Shown here piece after piece: positions 36,198 through 46,911 of a stretch of 52,653 nt of DNA. Origin of the DNA: Octopus bimaculoides (Eukaryota); NCBI RefSeq assembly GCF_001194135.2, contig NC_068998.1:39303584-39356236 (forward strand), written 5' to 3'. Every line of letters starts with the position of its first letter. Position 1 is the first letter of the stretch. The position numbers and the translations under genes were made by a program. Below the pieces are notes generated by a model that was given only the letters and a program-made list of their open reading frames with translations, was not told where the DNA came from and made no database searches.

Positions 36198-37135
36198 GTA
36201 AGTATTGCTACCTTTAAAGGAATACTTTTTTTATTTTTGTACCTATTACTAAACAGAAATAAGTCAGATGACTTGTAATGGTGTAGTTTCAGCTTCACAG
36301 TAATCTAGTCTTTTAGATAATGGTCATTTTCAAATTAAATCCGATAACCTTTTTGGCCAATTATTATTATCATTATCATCATTATTTATCATCCACTGAA
36401 AGGCTGAAAAGCAAAGTTGGCCTCAGTGGGATTTGAACTCAAGATACAGCGAGTTGAATCAAATATAAGACATTCCATCTGACACTACCAATTCACACTG
36501 CCTTACTGAACAATGTAGCTCTAGTACCTAATTCTGTACTTTTGTGTTCTTTATGTCATTCATCCTCACGGGATTGATTGACTACATACCAGTAATATAC
36601 TGAGTCTGTTTCACTTAGTTTAACAGAGTTGCTTTGGTATAATGATTAGAATGTGTATTGTGTGTACAGATATTGGTTCATGCTCCACAAGCAACCTTCA
36701 GCTAACTTTTGTCCAGTTCATGCGAGCATGGAACATGAATGTTAAATAATGATGATGGTGGTGAAACAATCTAAATCATATTAAGAATTTGGAAACATTA
36801 TTGAAATCTTTAACATAATGTAACAACATTAAATGTTAGGCTTTCATCAACCTTAACTATGGAATCAAAGCGAAGACATAATCGAAATCTTTAAACACAT
36901 TGAAACAAGCTTGAGTGTTATGCTTTAAACAATCTTGAAATGAAATGAAAAACTTCATCGAAATCTTAACATGATGAAACATTGTGATGAAGATCTATAA
37001 ATTTATTCATCAAAATAGATAAAAGAAAATTTCTATAAAACTTGGAATTTCCACAGAAGTCCCATTAGTTGTTATTACTGTAGTATTGTCAGAGTAAAAA
37101 TTATTTAATAACTGTAATTTGTTTTCTATTTTCAG

Positions 37136-37224
37136 TGTTGAAAGATCTTCAAACAGTCATTGTTATAAACAGTATAGAGGTTAATCCAAAAGGACTTATC
37201 TCTGACACATCCGACACTATATGA
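37136..37224 (+). CDS. MRPL21: MRPL21 exon 7 (terminal)
   Basis: gttttctattttcAG acceptor; LLKDLQTVIVINSIEVNPKGLISDTSDTI then TGA (QTV-x-x-INSIE motif). Seven exons total 654 nt = 217 aa plus stop. Confidence 0.93.
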
Positions 37225-37282
37225 GTTGTTTGATAGTCACTCATTCATTTATAAATTTATTATTTTGATAATGTAAATAGTT

Positions 37283-37288
37283 AATAAA
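37283..37288 (+). promoter_or_regulatory. Candidate polyadenylation signal of MRPL21
   Basis: AATAAA about 60 nt after the stop, followed by T/GT-rich sequence. Confidence 0.55.
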
Positions 37289-38480
37289 CAAATTTGATTA
37301 AACTATACTTGTTCTCTGTTAAATTGTCAGTTTAAATTCTATGTTGACCACATCATATTTAACAGAAGTGAGAGATAGATCTCTTGTCTGTATTCTTTGT
37401 GCTCTGTTCACATCTTTGTTTCGCTTTCACCTCTATAAACTCCGCCTTTATCTGACTTTCACCATTCTCCTACTACTACCTCTGTCTCACTTTTACTTTA
37501 CTCTACTCTCAGTGCTGTCCCACTTTCACCACTATATTTGAGCTGTTGTACTATTGGCAGAAACTGATTATGAAAACGTTGAATATCTGAGCTGTTCATA
37601 AAGATGGTCTGATGAGCTCATGGTAGTCTTTGCTTGAGTTTGGCCACAATGCTGCTAGTTGGCAGTATGACTGTTTAGCTGATTACTGGTAAAAACTGTA
37701 TCTGGTTTGATAATTTCATAGCTTGTCTGCTGTTCATTGTGGTGATGTATGCTATGACTATCACTTACAATGACTGCAAGAAACTCTGTGACTGCTGATG
37801 CTTTTGTTGAAGTCCTGCACCTCTAAGGACTGTGTCTACTGGCTCTGTTACCTGGGACTGGGCTGTATGCCCTGCAGCCTCTGGTACAATGACTAGTCTG
37901 GCTGTCTCCTGCACAGTAACTCAGGAAGCTCGTTAATAATGTAAGTCTGAGATTTATCTAAAGTATCATGATGAAGGTGTATCCTTCAATGGTAATGCAT
38001 CATATGAATGAATGGGGTAGTGCTACACAATTAAAAAGTTGATGAGGTAACACTACTGCTGAAATAGGTGCTCTGGCTGACTTGTCTGAAAGTTGATAAC
38101 GACATAGATATAGCTGTTGGTGCCAGTGTGTATGACTGATGAACAGCTTTTTAGCGCCATGTCGTAGTGTTGTAAAATGCAAACTGCAACATTATGTATT
38201 TATTTGGGTTACTGGCACGACATGAAAACAACACCAGGTATTTGATTAATGTTATTGATTTTCATTTATCAAATTCCATTTACAAGGTATTAGCTAACCT
38301 GAGATTATGGTAGGCTACACTGTGGCTAGGTAGTGGCTATGCAAAAATTGCTTCCATTTCAGAAATGTTACTTCTGATCATGTATCACTGAATCTTGTTA
38401 GTGAAAAACTAATACAAAGGAAACATTTTTATTTACTTCCTATTTCACTAGGAAAATTCTCCATTAGTTTTACGTTAAAC

Positions 38481-38863
38481 CAGGGGTTGGGGAACTCTTT
38501 CAACCAATTACCCCAAAATATATTTGTTTACACTGACGTTACCCCCTTGATTTGAAAGGAAGAAAATCATAGATTCTTTGAATTCAAAAAATTTATTGAA
38601 TCTATTTATGTGAAGAATATACTTATAAATATAAAAATAGTAAAACAAATGTGATAAAATAAATTTAATATGCTCATGAAATGAAAGGAGTTTTTTAGAA
38701 ACTTTTTTACTTCAGGTCTTGGAGAAATACTGTTTAATTTTGTTTCAAAATTGGGGTATTTTGATGCCAGAGCAATTTGGATATAGTCTTCAGAGTCCAA
38801 TTGATTTCTCTGCTTTGTTTTTATGTTCAAAGTAGAAAATCCTTGTTCACAAAGGTAGGTTGT
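38481..38863 (-). mobile_element. Charlie/Buster-type hAT transposon 3' end
   Basis: TTYLCEQGFSTLNIKTKQRNQLDSED matches the Buster/ZBED5-type C-terminal motif (TTYLCExGFS...K-x-RN-x-L); TIR CAGGGGTTGGGGAAC starts at 38481. Confidence 0.85.
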
Positions 38864-38864
38864 T

Positions 38865-39408
38865 CCACAGTTTCTTGGACACATGAAGTTGCACATAGGC
38901 CGACGATTGTAGTTGCTCCTGTCATGTGTCTCCGAACCTGCAAAGTTTCCCCGCAAACGTCTGCTGCCTCACCACCCATATGACATGACATATGCTTATT
39001 CAGTTCACGAAAATTGGGTGCCGGTCGAATGTCGTTCTTTGTGGGCTGGACCACAGCCGTTAAGGGCAACACACCATTTTTCTCTTCGCCTTCTCATGGT
39101 CTCAAAATACCCTCCTCTATCCATCGATTCACCTTCCCCTTGAATTCATTCCTGGCTCCTCATTTGAGGGTGTTCGTAACAGCTCACCCTGTTTCGAAAC
39201 ACCGGGGTCTCACCCTTCCAGAAGTACTCTACCGTCCATCATATGCCATTGAATTTGGTCCGAAAGTCCTCATCTTCAATGTCGCATACATTGTCCCCTC
39301 TTTCTACATGAGTTCCATTGTTGTAGCCTTCCTCCACCTCTCCATACTCATAGCACGCAGCACATCAGTCACGCCACCCAGCCAGACAATCACGTCCATT
39401 CCCACCAC
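38865..39408 (-). mobile_element. Gypsy relic: protease end and RT N-terminus, truncated
   Basis: VVGMDVIVWLGGV...CDIEDEDF...VNRWIEEGIL...VLPLTAVVQPTKNDIRPAPNFRELNKHMSCH...AYVQLHVSKKLW, with frameshifts and stops. Confidence 0.82.
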
Positions 39409-39843
39409 GGTAATCGTCCAGTATAGGGAGGTAAAAAAAGTAAATACAAAGGAAATAACTTACGCTTTACTAGTATCATCCGTACTATGTACTCTGATTG
39501 AAGTTAACTGTTTATATATAAATCACGCATGTGATTGAATATCATAGTTTCTTTCGTTTTTAATTGACGAGTGAGGATTTCGTTTTGAGGAACAATAAGT
39601 TGTTGTGCAGCCGGTCTTCCACGAGGCATTTTCGATCTCTCAAAAGAAACTACGATATTCAATCACGTGTGTGATTTATATATAAACAGTTAACTTCAAT
39701 CAAGTGTGTGATTTATTTATAAACAGCTAAAAAAAAAAAAACCCACACACATTTCAGAGTAGTACGGATGATACTAGTAAGACGTAAGTTATTTCCCTTG
39801 TATTTTTATTTACTTTTTTACCTCCTTATACTGGAAGATTACC
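39409..39843. mobile_element. 435-bp long-TIR MITE with 8-bp TSD, probably Merlin-like
   Basis: Termini GGTAATCGTCCAGTATA / TATACTGGAAGATTACC; inverted arms longer than 100 bp; perfect TSD CCCACCAC at 39401-39408 and 39844-39851. Confidence 0.9.
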
Positions 39844-40110
39844 CCCACCACTACATCAATTCCGTCCAACACTTCGTCGACAACAATCACTTGAACCTTC
39901 AATGAAGACACATGGTGCATGCTGTGCAACCTCCTCAGCTCTTTCACTATCAATTGTATTCCGTTCTCACCTCTGCACCTAACTTTCCTGCTATCCACTG
40001 CGCTCAGATGTGGGTTACCGCCCCAGCTAGTCACTAAGGTTGTAACGCAACCAGTATCCACAGGGGCTCAAGCCTCTCTCAACCCCACCTAAACGTTTAT
40101 TATTGGCAGC
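39844..40110 (-). mobile_element. Gypsy relic: aspartic protease, 5' part
   Basis: LPIINV*...APVDTGCVTTLV (DTG active-site motif) ... VDEVLDGIDVVVG, cut by the MITE insertion; stops present. Confidence 0.82.
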
Positions 40111-40171
40111 GACCGTGAATGCGCCTCTAATCGGTTGACAGAGTAGCTACAGGCGCAGTAGCTCCCCTCCA

Positions 40172-40630
40172 TCAATTTCCCTGTTTACATTGGTTAACAA
40201 TGTGCCCAGGCTGGTCACACCTGTAGCACACCACTTCCGGTTTCGGTGCCGTGTAGTCCCTGACTCTATGAGGACCCAGACACCTGCAACATGGTCCCTT
40301 CGTTGTTCGCCGAGCTTCTCTCACCTCATTCTTCTCCCTGGTAGTTTCCATTTGCCTCTTCGTCGTTTTCGTCTCTGCCATCGTACAAACTACATCGCGT
40401 GCGTTGTTCTTAGTCATGACACGAGATCGCTCTATCAACTCACTCACCAGCATGGTATGGATAACCGGTAGCTGCTGCCAACTTATTGAGATGTGATCGG
40501 GAAATCTGGTCACAAAGGCCAACCTCACAACACTCTCCATTGCCTCGCCAGAAATCCCTGCTAAAACCACCAATCTCCTAAACTCACTCGCATAGTTGTC
40601 GACATGTTCTCCGACCTGTTGTGGCAAAAC
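40172..40630 (-). mobile_element. Gypsy-type LTR retrotransposon relic: gag C-terminal half
   Basis: GEHVDNYASEFRRLVVLAG...VRLAFVTRFPD; degenerate knuckle CCRCLGPHRVRDY and intact CCHC knuckle CYRCDQPGHIVNQC. Confidence 0.85.
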
Positions 40631-41100
40631 TGAGATCTCAAACAGACGATCAGTCAATTTCATTTGCTATGCGCATGTGCAAAATCTTGAATTCCAATTT
40701 TGAAAGTATGTTCGTGTTTTTCTTATTTTGGAATTAAGAAGACAAACAAAAGTCGTTTGTTATGTGCAGATTTTAAAACCCGATCTTAGAAGCAGAAGAG
40801 TCAAAACCCGAGGATCTTATCTGATAATTTAACCAAAGTGATAAAACAAGGTATGTAAAAGGTAACTTATTTTCGCAATCCTTCGGTATTGGTAGACATC
40901 GTTCACCCACACAATTTTCCTTCATGACATGGATAAAGAGGCTAGGCTGAAACAGAGGGTGAATGACGTCGTCTCCTCGTACCAACATTCTGAAAACCAA
41001 TATCGAAATATTGCCCTTTTGGAATACAAAATTTCTGTGTACGTTTCTGTCAGCAATTATGTTTCTCTCAGACGTGCGCGCACGCACACGCATGCACACG

Positions 41101-41143
<43 letters not shown>

Positions 41144-41420
41144 TCGTTGTGGAGCAACATAGTATAACTACACATAATTAACGAAGTTTTCAGTACAAAA
41201 AATATTTGCTATTCCTAGATAAACACAACACGAAAATAATTTGTGATATGGTATCAAAATTGAAATAAATATAGAAAGCTGAAATTTAGAAAAATTAAAA
41301 AAAACCTCCTTTTACCTGAGGAATAAGAATATTTGCCAGACATTTAGCTGTTATTTCTAGCATAACGGGTTTTCTGGTGAGGGCTTGATAGTTTTTCGTC
41401 TGCTGTTTCAGGAGAAATCT

Positions 41421-41768
41421 ACGCATGCGCAAACAAACATATCCAATATATAAAACAGCCAGAGTTCTGTGCCCTTGGAAAGCCAGACGGGGCGACATCG
41501 GATGTTTTGTAAGAAAACTTGAAATTTTGGAAAAAGAAATTATTTCGGTTCCTAACCTCCGTATTTTTCTAAGTGAAATTAAAAACAACAACAAAAAAAG
41601 AAAATTCGAAAAAGCAACCCGCATTGTGTACTTTTATACTGTTTGTGATGGACAATTCCCTCACATATGCGCGCATTCTTGTGGTAAGTAGATAATATAT
41701 ATATTCTGCATTTGTAAATAGAATTCCGTGGTAACAAGACGAGAAACTGAACCATAATATATTTACAG
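41421..41768 (+). promoter_or_regulatory. Putative promoter and 85-nt 5'UTR intron of the zinc-finger gene
   Basis: NRF1-like ACGCATGCGCA at 41421-41431; GTAAGT donor at 41684 and tttacAG acceptor ending at 41768, 36 nt before the ATG. Confidence 0.45.
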
Positions 41769-41804
41769 ACATTTCTCGGCTTTCGAAATTCTTCGAGTCT
41801 AACT

Positions 41805-43232
41805 ATGGAAGATATAAGTCACTTGGAGTTCTGTAACAACACAGTCATTTATAACAATGTAGATTCAGTTCCACAGACATACAGCCGAGAGAAAGTTCTA
41901 CTTACTAAAACGTTTACGAACCGAAGTTCAGTGGAGGGAAAGAATTCAGAATATAGCTGTGAGATTTGTAAGAAAACATTCTCTTCAGAATATGAACTCT
42001 TCACGCACCAAGAAAAAATACACAATAGAGAAAAACCTTACCACTGTGAAATATGTGATAAATCTTTTGTCTCTCGCAGAAATTTAACAAGGCACAAAAA
42101 AGTACACAACGCCGAGAAACCCTATCATTGTGAAATATGCGGGAAGTTTTTTGTTTCTAACAGTAATTTAAGAAGACACACCGGAATACACACCGGAGAA
42201 AAACTTTTCCACTGTGAAATATGCGGGAAATCTTTCGTAGAACGGTCTAAGCTTACACTGCATATACGTAGTCACACGGGAGAGAAACCCTTTCACTGTG
42301 AAGTGTGTGGAAAAAATTTTGTCTCTAACGATCATTTGAAAACACACAAAAGAAGTCACACTGGAGAGAAACCCTATCACTGTGAAGTATGTGGAAAATC
42401 TTTTGTGTCAAACGATTATTTAAAATCACACAAAAGGAGACACAGTGGAGAGAAACCCTACCATTGCGAAATATGTGGAAAATCGTTTGTTGATAGTAGT
42501 AATTTAGCAACACACAAAAAAATACACACTGGAGAAAACCCTTTTCATTGTGAGATATGTGGGAAGTCGTTTATTCAGAATTCTCATCTTACCAACCATA
42601 GACGTAACCACACAGGCGAGAAACCCTATTGCTGTGATGTGTGTGGAAAATCTTTTGTCTCTAATGGACACCTAAAAGTACACAGCAGAATTCACACTGG
42701 AGAAAAACCGTTTCACTGTGGAATCTGCGGTAAATCTTTCAGGGAGAATTCTAACCTTACAATCCACAAACGATCACACACTGGAGAGAAACCTTATTAC
42801 TGTGAAACATGTGGAAAAACATTTGTGGTTAACAGTAATTTATTGAGGCACAAAAGAACGCATACTGGAGAAAAATTGTTTCACTGTGAAATTTGTGGAA
42901 AATCTTTCACCCTTAATTCGAATCTTATTATCCACAAACGTGGACATACGGGGGAAAGACCCTATCACTGTGAGATATGTGGAAAATTCTTCATTCGAAA
43001 TTTTAATCTGCTACTCCACAAACGAATACATACTGGAGAGAAACCTTATCACTGTGGAATTTGTGGAAAATCATTTTCTGTTAATTCTCGTCTTGTAGAT
43101 CACACACGTAGACACACGGGGGAAAGACCATATCGATGTGACATATGTGGCAAGTCTTTTATCAATAATTGTGATTTGAAAAAACACGAGCGAACACACA
43201 CTGGGGGGAAATCTTTTGAAGGTGAAACATGA
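41805..43232 (+). CDS. C2H2 zinc-finger protein, 475 aa, 15 tandem fingers, single coding exon
   Basis: 15 repeats of (Y/F)xCxxC(G)KxFxxxxxLxxHxxxH with TGEKP-type linkers (finger 1 has HxxxxH). Short acidic N-terminus with no recognisable KRAB, BTB or ZAD domain. Typical of the expanded cephalopod C2H2 family. Confidence 0.96.
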   Translation: MEDISHLEFCNNTVIYNNVDSVPQTYSREKVLLTKTFTNRSSVEGKNSEYSCEICKKTFSSEYELFTHQEKIHNREKPYHCEICDKSFVSRRNLTRHKKVHNAEKPYHCEICGKFFVSNSNLRRHTGIHTGEKLFHCEICGKSFVERSKLTLHIRSHTGEKPFHCEVCGKNFVSNDHLKTHKRSHTGEKPYHCEVCGKSFVSNDYLKSHKRRHSGEKPYHCEICGKSFVDSSNLATHKKIHTGENPFHCEICGKSFIQNSHLTNHRRNHTGEKPYCCDVCGKSFVSNGHLKVHSRIHTGEKPFHCGICGKSFRENSNLTIHKRSHTGEKPYYCETCGKTFVVNSNLLRHKRTHTGEKLFHCEICGKSFTLNSNLIIHKRGHTGERPYHCEICGKFFIRNFNLLLHKRIHTGEKPYHCGICGKSFSVNSRLVDHTRRHTGERPYRCDICGKSFINNCDLKKHERTHTGGKSFEGET

Positions 43233-43258
43233 AAAATCCTTCTTTTGTTGCAAGTTAA

Positions 43259-43464
43259 CTCTTTGGCATTCGAATCGGCCATATCCAGCCTAAATATTCA
43301 ACCAGTTTTATGTTAAAACTGGCCAGATTTGGCCTCTCACTTATCTTACAATGTCTTTTTAAAACTAAGCAATCACAATGACAATGTCTCTTAGCTACAT
43401 GGTTAATTCAAAACAATGTGAATAAATAAGTGTTATGCTTGACAGTAATCTGAATGCTAAATGG
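43259..43464. mobile_element. piggyBac-type MITE, copy 2, starting 26 nt after the zinc-finger stop
   Basis: TTAA then CTCTTTGGCATTC ... GAATGCTAAATGG then TTCA; interior homologous to copy 1. A partial third copy lies at about 52203-52336. Confidence 0.82.
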
Positions 43465-43523
43465 TTCAAATTTGTTAACTAAGAAATCCAAAGTGGAGAA
43501 TATATATGAAATTATTCTTAGAA

Positions 43524-43999
43524 AAGTGGTTCCCAACTAGGGTCCTTATAAGAGTTTGTCGTTAAACTTTATCTGCAATAAATTGGTTATACTTCAATAC
43601 ACAAAATATTTTAACAATTTTTTCTTTTGCACAATTTCTAATTATATTTAATTATAGAAAGACTGCTAGCTGTCAGAATCATTAGCACACTGGGCAAAAT
43701 GCTTTTAAGCATTTGGTCTGTCTTTACAATCTAAGTTCAAATTCTGCTGAGGTTGATTGTTTTTTTTTTGCCTTTCATCCTTTCAGGGTTGATAAAATAA
43801 GTACCAGTTGAGCACTGGGGTTGATGTAATCAACTAGCTCCCTTCCCTAAAATTGCTGGCCTTGTACCGAAATTTGAAAGTAATATCTAATTATAAAAAT
43901 ATAATGGGATTTTTTTAACCATCAAAGGGCTATGTGGATCCATCCAAGTAAAATAGGAATCAAAGGGGTTCATAGGTAAAAAATGGTTGAGGAACTCTG
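43524..43999. mobile_element. Charlie-type hAT MITE, copy 3, with a nested SINE (about 43665-43883)
   Basis: TIRs (c>a)AGTGGTTCCCAAC / GTTGAGGAACTCTG; perfect 8-bp TSD TCTTAGAA at 43516-43523 and 44000-44007. Confidence 0.88.
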
Positions 44000-44138
44000 T
44001 CTTAGAATGCTCATCTTGTGGTTTACAAATGTGTGCACATCTGAGAAAAAAAAATCATTAAAATATCTGGGAAAACCTTGTTTGTGAATCATAAAATGGT
44101 AGTCAACAGTTGAATAGACATTGGACTAAAACTATATA

Positions 44139-44822
44139 CAGTAATCCCTCGCCATATCGCAGTTCACCTATCATGCACTCAGTACATTGTGGTTCACCTA
44201 TCGTGCACTCAGTACATCACAGTTCACCTATCGCACACTCAGTACATTGCAATTCACCTATCATGCACTCAGTACATCACAGTTCACTTATCGCGCACTC
44301 AATACATTGTGGTTCACCTATTGTGCACTCAGTGTATCACAGTTCACCTATTGCACACTCAGTACATTGCAGTTCACCTATCATGCACTCAGTACATCAC
44401 AGTTCACCTATCGAGCACTCAGTACATCATGGTTCACCTATCGCACACTCAGTACATCACGGTTCACCTATCATGCACTCAGTACATCATGGTTCACCTA
44501 TCACACACTGAGTACATCGCGGTTCACTTATTGCGCACTCAGTACATCGCAGTTCACTTATCGTGTGCTCAGTACATCGTGGTTCACTTATCGTGCACTC
44601 AGTACATCGTGGTTCACTTATTGTGCACTCAGTACATCATGGTCCACTTATCACGTGCTCAGTACATCGTAGATTTTTCTGGCTAATATATGTAAATTTA
44701 TATCACAGACTCCAGTATATCACAGGTTTCTATGGCCAATAGGTATTTATATTTTTTTAGATTTTAATTATTTCTGTAGGAGGTTTTGGAGCATAACACC
44801 TGCGATAGCTAAGGGATTACTG
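44139..44822. mobile_element. Tigger/pogo-type MITE carrying an amplified minisatellite
   Basis: TA + CAGTAATCCCTCGCCATATCGC ... GCGATAGCTAAGGGATTACTG + TA. Confidence 0.88.
44161..44670 (+). repeat. 30-bp minisatellite, 17 units
   Basis: Consensus about (A/G)GTTCACCTATCGYRCACTCAGTACATCRY in exact 30-nt register; no unique spacers. Confidence 0.97.
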
Positions 44823-45690
44823 TAAATGTTAAATGTGCGAGAAATCCTTCATTGTGAAATAAGTCAGTACATTAATCATGTAATCTGCAAATACACTCAG
44901 TAGAAAGACCTATTCATTGTTATTTGTCAATAAAATTTCTTTGAGACGGTCTTATTAATCATGGCTTGAAAAACAGGAACAGAAGCATTTAGCTGTGAAA
45001 TCAGGTGCAAATTATTCTGAATTAAAAGCCATCTCTGTTAAACATGTACATGCATGCATGCACACACACACCATAATCATTTAACATTCATTTTCCTTGC
45101 TGGCACAGGCTTGACAGTTTCATACACATGCATGTATGTTTGCATGCATGTAAAGTGGGAATTTCCACCCAGCATATTTGAAGAATCGTCAGTATTGTCA
45201 AGTGTGATAGTTGACATGAAACCAATGGTAACATTCTGACCAGTTATATACTGTAACTAGTAATATACTGCTCAATGATGCATGTGTTTGTGTGTATTTA
45301 TATATATATATATATATATGCAGGGTGATTGAGGAGTAACTCCCTTATTTTAAAATACTTATAAATTATGGATCTTTGTGATTTGACGGCCAACACTTGT
45401 TTTCTTAACGAAACACTTTCAAACTTGGGACACTGGTAGAATGTGTCATACAAAACAACTTTTTCTCTTAGCCTTCTTAACAAAAAATTGTACATGGCAA
45501 GTTATTTCATGTTAAAGTTGTCGTATTTCTGTAATTTCAACCAATCACTGACGTCTATTCAGCTGAATACAGTCAGCGCTCTTTCGTAAACAATCATTTT
45601 TGGCCGGTCATAAAAATGTTATTCCGTGTGACATATTTCATCCGGTTTAATCGTAATTTATACGCATATATTGTTTATATAATAAATTAC

Positions 45691-46613
45691 NNNNNNNNNN
45701 NNNNNNNNNNNNNNNNNNNNNNNNNNNNNNNNNNNNNNNNNNNNNNNNNNNNNNNNNNNNNNNNNNNNNNNNNNNNNNNNNNNNNNNNNNNNNNNNNNNN
45801 NNNNNNNNNNNNNNNNNNNNNNNNNNNNNNNNNNNNNNNNNNNNNNNNNNNNNNNNNNNNNNNNNNNNNNNNNNNNNNNNNNNNNNNNNNNNNNNNNNNN
45901 NNNNNNNNNNNNNNNNNNNNNNNNNNNNNNNNNNNNNNNNNNNNNNNNNNNNNNNNNNNNNNNNNNNNNNNNNNNNNNNNNNNNNNNNNNNNNNNNNNNN
46001 NNNNNNNNNNNNNNNNNNNNNNNNNNNNNNNNNNNNNNNNNNNNNNNNNNNNNNNNNNNNNNNNNNNNNNNNNNNNNNNNNNNNNNNNNNNNNNNNNNNN
46101 NNNNNNNNNNNNNNNNNNNNNNNNNNNNNNNNNNNNNNNNNNNNNNNNNNNNNNNNNNNNNNNNNNNNNNNNNNNNNNNNNNNNNNNNNNNNNNNNNNNN
46201 NNNNNNNNNNNNNNNNNNNNNNNNNNNNNNNNNNNNNNNNNNNNNNNNNNNNNNNNNNNNNNNNNNNNNNNNNNNNNNNNNNNNNNNNNNNNNNNNNNNN
46301 NNNNNNNNNNNNNNNNNNNNNNNNNNNNNNNNNNNNNNNNNNNNNNNNNNNNNNNNNNNNNNNNNNNNNNNNNNNNNNNNNNNNNNNNNNNNNNNNNNNN
46401 NNNNNNNNNNNNNNNNNNNNNNNNNNNNNNNNNNNNNNNNNNNNNNNNNNNNNNNNNNNNNNNNNNNNNNNNNNNNNNNNNNNNNNNNNNNNNNNNNNNN
46501 NNNNNNNNNNNNNNNNNNNNNNNNNNNNNNNNNNNNNNNNNNNNNNNNNNNNNNNNNNNNNNNNNNNNNNNNNNNNNNNNNNNNNNNNNNNNNNNNNNNN
46601 NNNNNNNNNNNNN
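45691..46613. other. Assembly gap 3
   Basis: N run. Confidence 1.
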
Positions 46614-46911
46614 GCTTTCCATGCTAGCATGGGTTGGACGATTTGGCTGAGGACTGGTGAACCAGATGGCTACACCAGGCTCCAATCTGATTTGGCAGTT
46701 TCTACAGCTGGATGCCCTTCTTAACGCCAACCACTCCGAGAGTGTAGTGGGTGCTTTTACGTGCCACCGGCACGAAGGCCAGTCAGGCGGTACTAGCAAC
46801 GGCCATGCTCAAAATGGTGTATTTTACATGCCACCTGCACAGGAGCCAGTCCAGCGGCACTGGCAACGACCTCGCTCGAATGTCTTTTCACGTGCCACCG
46901 ACACAAGTGCC

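Noticed and set aside
2415-37224. Functional clustering of two mitochondrial genes (ABCB7 and MRPL21)
   Set aside because: They are 24 kb apart with an unrelated gene between; two genes are not evidence of a cluster.
37609-37645. CTGATGA followed by a GCTCA/TGAGT hairpin, a possible hammerhead
   Set aside because: No GAAA after the stem and no stem I or III. The same applies to the CTGAAGA hairpin at about 4370-4400 (-).
40929-41162. 77-aa ORF MDKEARLKQRVNDVVSSYQHSENQ...
   Set aside because: No recognisable motif, and it ends in a (CA)n microsatellite translation.
44161-44670. CRISPR-like regular 30-bp repeats
   Set aside because: Head-to-tail units with no unique spacers, no cas genes, eukaryotic context.
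44110-44686. Three His/Ser/Thr-rich ORFs (133-165 aa) resembling structural or metal-binding repeat proteins
   Set aside because: All three plus frames are open only because the 30-bp unit lacks stops. They lie wholly within a TA-flanked MITE and no frame is favoured.
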